From Eledone cirrhosa (Eukaryota): a stretch of 64,000 nt of DNA. Below are positions 45,021 through 57,980 of this stretch, piece after piece. Made by a program: the position numbers and the translations under genes. The DNA lies in the NCBI GenBank assembly GCA_964016885.1, contig OZ024740.1, positions 132,246,001-132,310,000 of the forward strand, in the 5' to 3' direction. Under the pieces are notes generated by a model that did no database searches, was not told where the DNA came from, and saw only the letters and a program-made list of their open reading frames with translations. Numbering within the stretch: position 1 is the first letter of the stretch; each line of letters opens with the position of its first letter.

Positions 45021-46340
45021 TATCATCATCATCATTCGTCGACTACTGTCGAGATGATGGATCTCTCTCTCATGCCCCAGATTTCCCTGTCCCCCATCCC
45101 TGCCTCCAGGTCCTGTCTACTGATTCCCGTTTCCCTAGAGATAACGTCAGGGAATGACAGCTTCCTACTGCTAGTCAGGCTGGAGTCAGGGTTCCAGAGC
45201 AAGAGAGCGGATATGATTTCATTGCTGGCACGGTGACAGTGGCCAGCAAATTGAGCTCTCCGGGATTTTAGAAGGGCAGAGGCTCGAGGGAGTTTGCCAT
45301 AGATTTTAGACAAGGTGGGATGTCATTTCCAGCATAGGTTTTGCACTCTCATTAAGAGGCTGGTATATGTGCCATCCAATCTCCTCTCAAGTCGTGATGT
45401 TAGTGTCCAAGTTTCGGATCCATAGAGTAATATGGGCTTAATGGTTGCTTGGAATATTTCCAGTTTTAGCTTGTTGGTAAGTTGAGATGTCCATATGGCG
45501 TGCATGGCATTGCACGCTGACCATGCCATACCGTTCCTGGTTAGAAAATCTTTTTTGGAGGAGGAGATATATGAGCCAAGATACTTGTAATCTTCCACCT
45601 GATTATTATTAAAAGGGCGGTGAATTGGCAGTATCGGTAGAGCGTTAGACGCCATGCTTTCTAGCATAGTTATGTCCCTTTACGATCTGAGTTCAAATCA
45701 GATCGAGGTTAACTTTGCCTTTCATCCTTATGGGGTCGATAAAATAAAGTACCAGTAATGTACTGGTTAATTGCTGGCGTTGTGATTATTATTTTCAAAT
45801 TGAAGCATCAGTTCTCCAACCTCTTCTGGAGTGAACAGGTTCCATTGGTGTGACAGTCCATCTGCTGCAGGCATTCTTTGCGCGAAGGTCTGCACTTATG
45901 CTAAGGTTACGTATTCCTAAAGTGTGAACAGGTGTAGTCTCCGATTGTGACACAGATTTGGCCGCAGCTCGTCACTTTGACTGAGATTCAAAAGTGTTCA
46001 CTTGAAAATCGAGATATATTCTCTGCCACCTGGAATGCTTTCAGTTGCTCACATTCATCTGCCAGTCGGGCATTGTGTTCAGTGGAAATTCCCCTCAAGC
46101 ATACATTAGAGGATATAAGTTTGGCCAGTGCAACGAGGTTCGCAGAGAGGCTTCTGGTCGTCACATTAATCGAACTGTACAGTCTGTACCGGAGAACTTT
46201 ATAGCTACGAACTTAAATAAATCGCTCACTTGATCACCTACTGGCTAGCACTGCTTCTTCGAGATAAACTCTACAGACACAGAAGTGCTGTCAGATGGGC
46301 CTTCCCAAGATGCGTGCAGAGCAACGACACTGTACTCCAT
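45021..46340 (-). mobile_element. RTE-clade LINE remnant, internally deleted and interrupted by a SINE
   Basis: QVEDYKYLGS, ILLYGSETWTL, LDGTYT, RRAQFAGHCHR, LLWNP, DREIW; (GAT)n-like 3' tail at 45021-45034; 5' limit uncertain. Confidence 0.8.
45615..45790 (+). mobile_element. tRNA-derived SINE inserted in the RTE remnant
   Basis: Same family as 33842-34063; flanked by tgattattatt on both sides. Confidence 0.85.
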
Positions 46341-46840
46341 GCAATCGTCCATCGAAGGTTACCAATACATATAATTCACTTTACCTATATCTAAATTCTT
46401 ATATTTTACCTGGACCTCATTTTATCCTATTTACTAATACATTTAACCATGTGAATAAAACCCACATTTTATTGTTATTTCTTCTCTTAAAAATACTCAT
46501 TTAGGCTATAAGTCCCATCTATAAATAGCATTATCCCTCCAACATATATTCCTATGACCATTATACCCCTTCTACTCCTACTCCACTCCGAACAACTAAA
46601 CACCCTAGCTCCAAACAAACTAATTACCACTAGTTGCATCAGACCAGTTTACTAGGATGCAAATCTTAAGTAAAGCTCTACAATGATCTACAGTGATCTA
46701 AAGCAGAACAGTGATACTTTTGTCGCACCCTAGAAATAGTGTTACACACTTGACAAATATTGATGCTCACACAACCCGCTTGGCACCTCGAGCGTAATTA
46801 GCCATACCTCTCTCCTTCTCTCCCCCTTCCTCTCTTTATT

Positions 46841-46952
<112 letters not shown>

Positions 46953-48065
46953 GGGTGTTGGATGCTTATGAAGTATGTATATATATACATACTACTGTAC
47001 GTCTGTACTCATGTATGTACGTATACATACTTATATTTAAGTAACAGCCGTACTAAGTGTGTGAAATGAAATTTCGTTTCATGTTTTCCGTTTATCGTTT
47101 ACGGTGCGTCCGGCCGATTAACTCACTTGATATGCAAATTAGGCTGCTCAGCCGTTAATGTGCATAAGGAAAGTATATACTTTCAGACGTTGAATCATCT
47201 GGCAGGAAGGTATACGGTGCTGACGATAGCTAATAAGCTTGACACTAGTACATCGTTCCTTTGTCAGTGTTGAACAAAAGGGCAAAGATGGTTGCTAAAC
47301 ACTGTACGGCTTAATTCGGGATGTATGTTTACAAACGAACCGAGCATTATAATAAATGCTCGGTAAATCCATACGTACATATATATGTGTGTGTATGTAT
47401 GTATATATATACATACTACTGTACGTCTGTGTACATTTATGTATGTATACATACTTATATTTAAGTAACAGCCAAACTAAGAATGAGAAATGAAATTTCG
47501 TTTCATTTTTTTCCGTTTATCGTTTTCGGTGCGCCCGGCCGATTAACTCACTCGATATGCAAATTAGACTGCCTAGCCGTTAATGTGCATAAGGAAAGTA
47601 TATGCTTTCAGACGTTCAGTCATGTGGCAGGGAGGTATACAGCACTGACGATAGCTAATAAGCTTGAAACTAGTACATCGTTCCTTTGTCTGTGATGAAC
47701 AAAAGGGCAACAATGGTTGCTAAACACTGTACGGCTTAATTCGGGATGTTTGATTACAAACAAACCGTGCATTATAATAAATGTTCGGTAAATCCATACA
47801 TACATATATATGTGGCATGTATGTATATATATACATAACACTGTACGTCTGTATTCATGTATGTATGTACGTATACATACTTATAATTAAGTAACAGCCG
47901 TACTAAGAGTGAGAAATGAAATCTCGTTTCATTTTTTCCGTTTATCGTTTACGGTGCGCCCGGCCGATTAACTCACTCGATATGCAAATTAGGCTGCTCA
48001 CCCGTTAAAAAACAATAAGGAAACTATATACTTTCAGACGTTCAATCATCTGACAGTAAAGTATA

Positions 48066-48106
48066 CGGGGCTGATGATAGCTCATAAGCTTGAAACTAGT
48101 ACATCG
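48066..48106 (+). ncRNA. Representative minimal type I HHR of the tandem unit
   Basis: Unit consensus CGGTG-CTGACGA-t-AGCT-aata-AGCT-t-GAAA-CTAG-TA-CA(T/C)CG; this copy has an intact CTGATGA/GAAA/GTA core. Confidence 0.85.
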
Positions 48107-48234
48107 TTCCTTTGTCAGTGTTGAACAAAAGGGCAACGACGGTTGCTAGACACTTTACGGCTTAATTCAGGATTTTTTTTTACAAACAATCTGAGCATTA
48201 TAATAAATGCTCGGTAAATCCATACTTACATATC

Positions 48235-48454
48235 TTAAACGATCGACTTTCGTTAAATCGGACCGAGGGAACAATTTTTCCGTTGGCCTTTCCAATTGCT
48301 AATACTATCTATCGGTCGCAACTCCAGGTAGAAGGAGCAACGTGAAATAAAGTGTCTTGCTCAAGGACATAACGCATCGCCTGGTCCAGGAATCGAACTC
48401 ACAACCTTACGATTGCGAATCCAATTCTCTAACCACTCAGCCACACGCCTTCAC
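48235..48454 (-). mobile_element. tRNA-derived CORE-like SINE (octopus OK-type) inserted in the array
   Basis: Minus strand ggcgtgTGGCTGAGTGGttagag...GAGTTCGATTCC followed by gtccttgagcaagacactttatttcac. Confidence 0.8.
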
Positions 48455-49837
48455 TGATATATGTGTGTGTATATATGTGTGTGTATGTATGTATATATAT
48501 ATATATAAATACTACTGTACGTCTGTATTCATGTATGTACGTATGCATACTTATATTTAAGTAACAGCCGTACTAAGAATGAGAAATGAAATTTCGTTTC
48601 ATTTTATCCGTTTATCGTTTTCGGTACCCCGGCCGATTAACTCACTCGATATGCAAATTAGGCTGCTCAGCCGTTAATGTGCATAGGGAAAGTATATACT
48701 TTCAGATGTTCAATCATCTGGCGAGATGTTATACGGTGCTGACGATAGCTAATAAAGCTTGAAACTAGAACACCGTTCCTTTGTCAGTGCTGAACAAATG
48801 GGCAACGATGTTTGCTAAACACCGTAAAACTTAATTCGGTATGTTTGTTTACAAACAAACCGAGCATTATTATAAGTGCTCGGTAAATCCATACGTACAT
48901 ATATATGTGTGTGCATGTATGTATATATATACATACTACTGTAAGTCTGTATGTATACATGTATGTATGTCTGTATGTATACATGTATGTATGTACGTAT
49001 ACATACTTATATCTAAGTAACAGGCGTACTAAGATTGAGAAATGAATTTCGATTCATTTTTTCTGTTTATCGTTTTCGGTGCGCCCGGCCGATTAGCTCA
49101 TTCGATATGCAAATTGGGCTGCTGGGCCGTTAATGTGCATAAGGAAAGTATAATATTTCAGACGTTCAATCATCTGGCTGGAAGGTACACGGTGCTGACG
49201 ATATCTAATAAGCTTGAAACTAGTACTTCGTTCCTTTGTCAGTGTTGAACAAAAGGGCAACGATGGTTGCTAAACACTGTAAGGCTTGATTCGGTATGTT
49301 TGTTTACAAACAAATCTAGCATTATCGTAAATGGTCGGTAAATTCATACGTACTGATATATGTGTGTGCATGTATGTATATATATACATAGTACTGTACG
49401 TTTGTATATATGTATGTACGTATACATATTTATATATATACATATATATATATATCTAAATATATATATACACACACACATATATATAAAGGAAACGAAA
49501 AATCAGTGATGCATCTGAACTTAGTTTATTTCGTGTTACAAATGTTTCTCCGGCATGTAGCTTGAGTCATGGTCCTTGTATAGATCTGGCTGATTCTACT
49601 TCTGCGGGTTCTTTCAGACACGGATGTTACGTCCGGAGCATACATACATCGCAGTATATATACTCACGTACCTTCTCTCCCTCACCTCCACGGACCCAGT
49701 CAAACCCACTTGTTGATACAAATCGGCACAAGCCTTCAAATTGTTGTTTACTTCGCGTTCTGTATCACTTAGAAAAGCATATCCTACTCCAACGTACACA
49801 TATATACATATATACATACATACGCACGCAACCTTCT

Positions 49838-49879
<42 letters not shown>

Positions 49880-50080
49880 TCATACACACACATATATACA
49901 TACACATATACAAACCCATACATACATATATACACACATGTGTATATATATATATAGGTATATATATATATATATATACATATACACACACATACATACA
50001 TACACACACGTATATACGTAAATGTATACTCACACATTCATACGAATACATATACGTACACAAACAATACCTACACGCGA

Positions 50081-50178
<98 letters not shown>

Positions 50179-50185
50179 AAATATC

Positions 50186-51180
50186 TTTAAGTCGTTTGGA
50201 AGCCTCGACAATGCAAATGGGTAGATCTCCGGGTAACAAGATCTGGTGGTGGAGAGAGAGATGTAAGTGGGTGTATGTTGAGATGCGTGGTGTGTATGAG
50301 ATGTGTAGAAGAATGAAGGAAAGAGTATAAAGGATAAAATAAAATAACAACACGAGAGAGAGTTACCTTGGGAGAGATTTAATACCCCCTATATATTTCG
50401 GATTCACATCCATCAACTGGGGGGTTTTCCGGGGTGGGGGAAATGTTATCTGTCGGACAAGTGCGAAACGCGTCCTCCGCTGTTTGTTGTTTTGAATATC
50501 TGAGGTATTCGGCAGAGTGCGCGTGCGCGTAAAATGGGGTCGCTCGGGCAGAGGTCAGAGTCCATTCTCTCCCTGTTTGTTAAATGTTACTTTCTCTGTG
50601 TGTGCGTGTGTAGTTGTCTCGCTTGAGTGCGTGTGTGTGTGTGTGAGAGCGTGTGTTGTTGCCTTGTTCCTCTGTATTGGCAGTGTAGTATATTCGTATG
50701 GTGGAATTCTACTGTGTGTGTGCGCGTGTGTGTGTGTATTTGTCTCGTTTGTGTGTGTGTGTGTGCGTGTGTTGCTGCATCGTTTGTTAGCTTAAACCAG
50801 CCATCTCATTTCGCTTCTCTCTGATCGTTTGTTTATTTGCGGTTGCAGGCGTTTTATAAAAAGCGCTTCCTTGATACGTAACGTGCCGACCTTTCTTTCA
50901 GTCGCTAGAATTGTGACAATGGGCCTTCCGTCTTTGTTTCCGCATTTGTCTATGTGTTTCCGGAAAGACGAGGCCCTGGTTTTAGTGTGTTCCTTGATCC
51001 GGATGTGCAAATGTCGGATTGTGCTACCTATGTAGTATTGGTTGCACCTGTCGCATTCTATATTATACACGACGCATGTGCGTAGGCAACAGTTCGCATG
51101 GCGTATCGGGCAGTCTCTGGGGGAGCATGCGTCAGTAGATTTCCCGGGTTTCCTGGAGAAGCAAACTTCAATACTCTCTT
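50186..51180 (-). mobile_element. PLE 3' fragment: GIY-YIG domain (50792 to about 51115) plus 3' UTR
   Basis: VVYNIECDRCNQYYIGSTIRHLHIRIKEH...LRIKEALFIKRLQPQIN; UTR matches 21970-22325. Confidence 0.85.
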
Positions 51181-51219
51181 ATATATATATTTATATATAT
51201 ATATATATATATATACGTA

Positions 51220-52550
51220 AAAAGTCAATGTGGAAGAAAAGTTGAAAATGTGTTATTATCGCAAGAGTGCTTAGTTGAACCATGGTTCCGTGAAGGAGGC
51301 AAATGGTAGACTGTGGTTTGGTATGATTTCCCTTTTAGAGAGTTAATATGCAGGGGGAAGCAATTCTTGCTGGGTCATATTTAATTTAATTAAGAAAAAA
51401 GATTAGGTAGGGTGTGAGTGAGGTAACTCTTGTAAATGTTTGAAGGTTTGTTGCAGTTTTAGATTGGTCCGAATTTTAGGGCATTGAGTACTGGTTGAAA
51501 TTCATTAATGAAATGTGTTTCCTTATTGGTGCGTTGGATGAAAGTAACGTCGTCTATGAATTTGTAAATGGTGAAATTTTAAAGTTTGGAAGCTGGTTGA
51601 GAGCACAATTGGCGATATGTTCACTAAATGCAATCTTTCGGCATTCCTGTGTTTTAATTTGTGATTTATGGACGATCATACGTTGACGAAGGCTGTTTTT
51701 TGTCTGTCCTATATAGTGCTCTTGACAACCTGAGCAAGTCAAAACATAGATATGGTTTTCAGATGCACATGTAAAGTTGTGTTTAACTGCGAAACGTTGA
51801 CCTTGTTTAAAATGGAATGTTGAACCTTCTAGTAGATTTATGCATATGCCACAGTTGGGCCTTCCGCATTTTGTTATTGTAGGATTTATTGTGAGGGTTT
51901 GTTGGGTTTTGGCTTGTTTGAGGATGTTTTTTATGGATTTGGGTTGTATTTTGCTCTTTATGATGTTCTGTGTTTGGAGGATATTGTTCATTCTTGGGTC
52001 TCTTTTTGGTAAAGGAATGTTCTGGAGGATGGTATCGAATGCCTCATTGTTGAGGGGGTTGTGTGTGGATATGTATGATAGAGTTTTTTGTTGCGGTTCA
52101 CTCCTGGGTTTGGGGTGTCTGTGTTCCAGGATGTCTAGGTTTAGGGCACGTTGGAATCCATTGGTGATTAGGGATTGGTGGGTAGTTTCTGCTGATAAGT
52201 GTGTTTTATAATTCTTCTAGTCGTGTGTAGCATGCGTATTTATCTGAAACTATAGTGCAGATCCTTCTGGCTAGGTTATAAGGAATTGCCATTTTGGTGT
52301 GTCTAGGGTGGCACGAGTTGAATGGAAGGTATTGTTTGAAGACTGTGGGTTTGTAGTATATGTCTGTTTCTATTTTGTTGCTTGTTTTCTTGATGAGGAT
52401 GTCGAGGAAAGGGAGTTGTTCATGGCTGTAATCCATTGTGAATTGTAAGTTAGAGTTGAGCTCATTCAGAAGGGTTTTGAACTCAAACAGGCTATCTATA
52501 ATTTCATGTCAGAGGATGAAGCAGTCATCCAGATATCTGTTCCAATGCCA
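51220..52550 (-). mobile_element. Neptune-like PLE fragment (RT C-terminal half plus GIY-YIG)
   Basis: RYLDDCFIL, LPFLDILI, IYYKPT, SCHP, CGRPNCGIC, FTCASENHIYVLTCSGCQEHYIGQT..LRQRM..H. Confidence 0.85.
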
Positions 52551-53194
52551 TTGTTAAATAATAAATTAATCAACTAACACTTCACACAAAGTAAAACATT
52601 TCGTTTTAATCGTTTTCTAACCCAGAAAAAAGAGAGAATTAGACCAAAAAAAGGAAAAACATATATTTTTCTTCCTCATAATCGTCTCTTTCTCCCTGTT
52701 TTCATATATATATATACTAACTCGTGTGCCTCCTCTCCACATTTTATTATATATATATATGTATAGATATATCCCCTATTATACATATATACACACACAC
52801 ATATACACACACATATATATATATACAAGCACACATACACATACACACACGTACACGGACTCATACATACATATACGGATATATACGGATATATATAGAG
52901 TATATGTGATCAAATAATACAACAAGAATAATCGTAATAATAAAAAAAGCATATATAGTCCCTATATAATCATCCGCGGACATTCCTATGAAACGCACAT
53001 AAACACATACTTGTATACACAAATACATATACACACCTATATATAGGCCTGCAAATGCATGCACCTGCACCCACATACACATCCACATATATACACACAC
53101 ACACACACTTCTATAAATATATACGCACACTAACCCACCCGCACACACACAGACCTACACATATGTGACTATACCTACACACTCGCACACACAC

Positions 53195-53225
<31 letters not shown>

Positions 53226-54434
53226 TATACAAACACATGCTCATACATAGACATACATATACATATATATAAAAGCTCGTGCACACACGCACCCATGCAT
53301 CCCCCGCCCCCCACACACACCCCGACACCCATCCACGTATATATATATATACATACATACGCATCTACTCACACACACACACGCACATGTCCCACACACA
53401 TGTTCACGCATAAAACTCGTGGACATAAACACAATATGATCATAAAATAAAATACATAAATAGATGTACAATATTTTAGGATACATTACAATCTGTATAC
53501 AACTGCATAAATAGGTACAGGAAAAGAAGGGGAAAAATAAAGGTACGGGTATAATGAAAAGGGAAAGAATAAAGAAAAAGAAGAAAAAACGGGGGGGGGG
53601 GGGGTGTACAGGGGAAGGTGCGTGCGTCCATGCGATATACTACACACAGGTATTATGATATGCAACATTTGTGTCCGTGTATGGAACAGGTAACAGTAAC
53701 AGAACAATGATATAACAATATTAACAATTACTGTTCCAATGTGGAATAGGTGTATAGTATATAGTCACGATTGGCGGTGTACACATTCAATGTGACGCCC
53801 GCCACGGTCGCCATGGGGCATGGCACCGTGGCTGGGTTGTTCTGTTCTAAACGTTTAGTGCACAGGTACGGGCAGCAGTGGGCCCCGTGTCAGCCGGTCC
53901 CAGCCCATGTGGTGTATCTTCCAATGTTGTGCGCCCGGTCACGTGCGTACCCGGTTTACCTATGATTACCCCACGGGTCATACTTCGTCATCATGGTATG
54001 TTGGCAGGTCCCCTAATCCCACTAGGCCAATCGGGTCTGTGCGTTCTCATTCTCATGCCTCCTGCCTGCGTCACCCGGTGGGTTCCATGCTGCAAATGTG
54101 CATCTTCTCTGGTGTCTGCATGTCATGATAATTTCAGACTTCAGTCTGACTATCTCCATGGTCTCGTGTAGGCACAATCGGCATTTTCTACTTCCGGCCG
54201 AATATGCGCTCGCCGTGGTCTTTCATGTCCCACACGAGGTCCGCTAACCTAAGGGAGTGCCTTTTGCTACGGTCCCTGAATGATTTCGCGTGATTATACA
54301 TCCGCGATTTAACTAAGTCCAGATGCATCACTGATTTTTCGTTTCCTTTTTAATATCTACACTCTACTCTGGTGAATATCGAGTGCTAATTTTGGCATAC
54401 CGCCTATGGAAGCACCATAGCTACCACTATACAC

Positions 54435-54478
<44 letters not shown>

Positions 54479-55052
54479 TAATTTAGAGTTTACACGTGTA
54501 TTTGACTCCTGAGTGTAAACCCTAAATTAGAATATGTCTGCTCCTTCGGTAGAGCTGAATTCGTAATCCCATATTTACGGCTGTTATTTCTAGCGCCATG
54601 GATATGAGCCAGAGTGCTGGGAAAGTCGTGTGCAAAAGCACATGTATTTGGCGTGCGACAGACCAGTCGTAAGATACTTATCCTAGGTGAAGTAACTCTA
54701 ATTTATCTGGGTGCCTATTGAGAATCACAGAAAATGTATTATTTCACTCATAATTATTTCATAAATAGTTATTCTGTAATTAATTAATTATTTCATTAAT
54801 ATACCATCCTTTGTGAAACAGGTTTATTTTTTAAAGTTCGGACTGATCTGCTGAAAAGGTTTGAATATTGAAATTTAAACTTGTCTAGGCACCAGGGCAG
54901 TTGCCATTTACGTCTGTAAGTATAGATTTATTATTTTTTAGATCGATACAGGCGGACTATATGTATTTGAATTAAGGTATTTTTATCCGGCTAAATTATT
55001 GTCATTTTGCAAAAAAAAAACACTAGTGTTAATCATAATTTTATATTAAATT

Positions 55053-55097
<45 letters not shown>

Positions 55098-55373
55098 GAG
55101 GAAAATGTTTTACAAAAGGGTTTGAAACGCACACCTGGTATGGGGATCGTTATAACATGAACAAAAACTGATGTTCAGCAAAGTTTGCTTTCTCTGTATG
55201 TAATTATAAATTAATTGTTATTATGTCAAGAATCAGCAAGCAGGAATTTTACCGAGGAAAAATTAAACAAAATATTTTAACCTAATAATAAATGTTTGGT
55301 TAATCCAATTCAGGGAAAGCATCAATTTGTGTACATGTTATAAAGATATTTTATATATATATATATATATATA

Positions 55374-57980
55374 CTAGCTGAATGACCCGGCGTTGCCCGG
55401 GTTACTGCTGTTTTTATTCAGATTAGGAAACAATAAATATGAAGAATTTTTTTTTCTCATATTCACTATAAATTATGTCAAAGTTGTAATGATAATAGAA
55501 TTTAGAAATGAAAATCTCTTCAACCCGGTTTTACCATCTTCTTTTCTCAACCAAGAAACCAACAAAAATTACAAAAAGGGAACACAAAAAAAAATATATA
55601 TATTAAGAATAGCAAACAGAAATCGTAATAAATTTTCTGTCGAAAACAAAAAACAGCCAAAAAACAGTTTTTTTTAAACGGATGATAAAGTACTGTAAAG
55701 TTGTTGGAAGAGCCTGATAGAATGAGATGAGCAACAGCCAGAAGCACAGCAGCAGCAGTATTTCGAACTGTCCACCATTTAGGGTCGTAATCTTCAGTTT
55801 CGATAGCAGATTTATGAGAGAGGTATATCGTGAATTATTGAGTTTTATCGATTTTTTTGCGTAATTGGGGATCAATTTTAAATATATACATTCTGCATGA
55901 CCTAATTGAAGCTATTTCGAATATTGATAAGTAATTTTCCATTGAAGGAGGTGTTTGTTTTTATTGTATAGAAAAGGAACATGCACACACACTCGTTTTT
56001 ATAGATAATGATATATATATATCTGTATGTGAGTGTGTGTATGTGTTTGTATATATATAAACTCTATTTGTGTTAAATCATCTCAGTGGTAATGCACGTT
56101 ACAGGACCTCTGTTGGATCGTAGTTGAAAGCCTTCATAAGCCAAAATGACTCATGTGGACTCGTTGTTCCTCTGGCGGTGTCTCTTCGTGCGTTGTTTGT
56201 GTCCAACCGAGCACGGCGGGCTGTTTGATGTATTGCGGCACGGGAGGCGGCGGTGGATACAGCGTTCTGGGACCTTCGGATGGCTGTCTGTATCTCGGTC
56301 TGGGATGCTCTGGCAGCTGCGGTGGAGGCGGAGTCCTTAGACCTTCGGAAGGCTGTCTCCTGGTCGGTTTCTGCGGCACGGGAGGCGGCGGTTGAAGCAG
56401 CGTTCTTTGACCGTCTGGTGGCTGTTTGATGTTTAGTTTCGGAGGCCCTTGTAGCAGCAGTAGTTGCAGCATTCCTAGCCCTACGAAGAGCTCTTTGTCT
56501 GTCACTCTCTGCTGCTCTAGAGGCGGCTGTTGCAACTGCATTCCGACAATTACGAATGGCACGATTTGAAGCGGTAACCGTAGATAGAGAGGCACTGGGT
56601 TGGGCTGTGCTAGGGGTACTTAAGTTTGAAAGCGAAGTAACAGGGGTTTGTGGCCAAAAATGCAGTCCTGCATCCGTATACTGCTCATTCAATCGCCTCT
56701 TTTTTGAAACAACAGACGATGTTTTTCTACGGCTAAGGGTCACTTTCTTTTCAGTGGCATGGTTGCAATAGTACAGTAAACAGTAAAGTGGAAGCAGGTT
56801 TAGAGCAAACGCAAAAAAGCGAAGGTGATAAGCAGTATTTTGGGGAAGGTAAAACAAAGTGACTAATTGTTACAATTTTAAGCAAGAAAAAAGTAAACAA
56901 AAAACGTACTGGGAATGGCAAAGTCCGAAAGCGAGGTCACAAAATGTAATGCAGTAAGAGTGAAGCACACGTCTACACAGTAGCCTAACCAAGTAGCAAG
57001 TGTAGCGTTTGAAAACCAAAGCTTTTCAGGCCACTCAAATCTACGAAAAGAGTCTGCAGAATTTTTTGATAGCAGTCTTGCCAAAACAGAATAAAAGCTG
57101 CCACCTCCAGCCGTCAAGGAAATTTTTTTTTTTGATTCAAGGCGAAAATTTGTCCACTTCTCGACCGAAAGAAAGCAAAAACTGACTCAACTGGTGCCAG
57201 GTGGTCAGAACTGGCAGGAATTGGTTTCTCTCACGTGAAGCTGTAACTATAGCAACAGTGGTTCCCTCGGTCTCAAAGACAAAAGTAAGTGGAGAGGGGA
57301 AGGTAATGTTACTGTAACACCAACAACGTCTCTCTCTATATTCCTCGCTCAATAAAGAAGGGGGAGGGGGAAGGTAATGTTACTATAGCAACAGTGGTTC
57401 GCTCACTGACCAAAGTGGAGAGGGGAATGTAATATTTCTGTGACACCCAAAACTTCTCTCTCTATCTTCCTCTCTCTCTCTCTATCTTCCTCTCTCTCTC
57501 TCTATCTTCCTCTCTCTCTCTCTATCTTCCTCTCTCTCTCTCTAAAGAAGGGGGAAGCGGAAGGTAATGTTACTATAAGACCTGTTATTCCTGTCTCTCT
57601 ATAGACGAAGTGGAGATTCGACCTCGAGCTTCACTCTCGACCGGATTTCGAAATGATTCGAGCACATCAACAAAATTTAGACTCTTTCTACCCATATTAG
57701 CGAAAAACCGGGTCAAAAAACTCAAAAGGAAAAATTTGTCACGCGTGCATAAAATACAACCTCATCTCCCGATTTCACCCAAAATAGACAAAAAGGTGGA
57801 TTGTGGGCCCCTGGGGGGACCTATCAAAAAACAACGTAGCCTAAGCAATTTAAAGGGTCATGAGGAGTGATGTATGCAAATTTGAAAGAGATCGGGCGAG
57901 CGGTGTAGACGCCAACCTCGAATAATGTAGCATCCACACACACACAGACAAACACACATCCTCTGTTTTATATATATAGA
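55374..57980 (-). mobile_element. Non-autonomous composite Helitron
   Basis: Minus strand A|TCTATATATATAAAA at 57980; 3' hairpin cccgg-gcaacg-ccggg followed by CTAG|T at 55374; a second 5' end A|TCATTATCTATAAAA at 56011. Confidence 0.82.
56099..56760 (-). pseudogene. N-terminal repeat region of a Helitron RepHel, truncated
   Basis: ~23-aa repeats RSKNAASTAASRAAET..Q ending ARGTTSP..FW..AFNYDP, parallel to ARGVTSP..YW..AFKYEP in the 38602-39084 ORF. Confidence 0.75.

Larger units (their letters stand above)
46972..49435 (+). repeat. Tandem array of five ~425-bp units plus a partial unit, each complete unit with a hammerhead ribozyme (retrozyme-like)
   Basis: HHR cores start at 47220, 47645, 48071, 48739 and 49195 (spacings 425, 426, 668 including a SINE, 456). 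Confidence 0.9.
49488..54440 (-). mobile_element. Fragmented Naiad-like element split by nested insertions
   Basis: GIY-YIG remnant at about 54100-54305 (RMYNHAKSFRD..LADLVWDMK..CRLCLHETMEI); 49488-49526 is the reverse complement of 54311-54349; HHR-like motif at 49532-49622; continuity across the nested elements is inferred. Confidence 0.6.

Noticed and set aside
46972-49435. CRISPR array, or a repeated 68-aa protein (MKFRFIF.. / MRNEISF..)
   Set aside because: Units are ~425 bp with no unique spacers and no cas genes; the short ORF is not frame-conserved among copies
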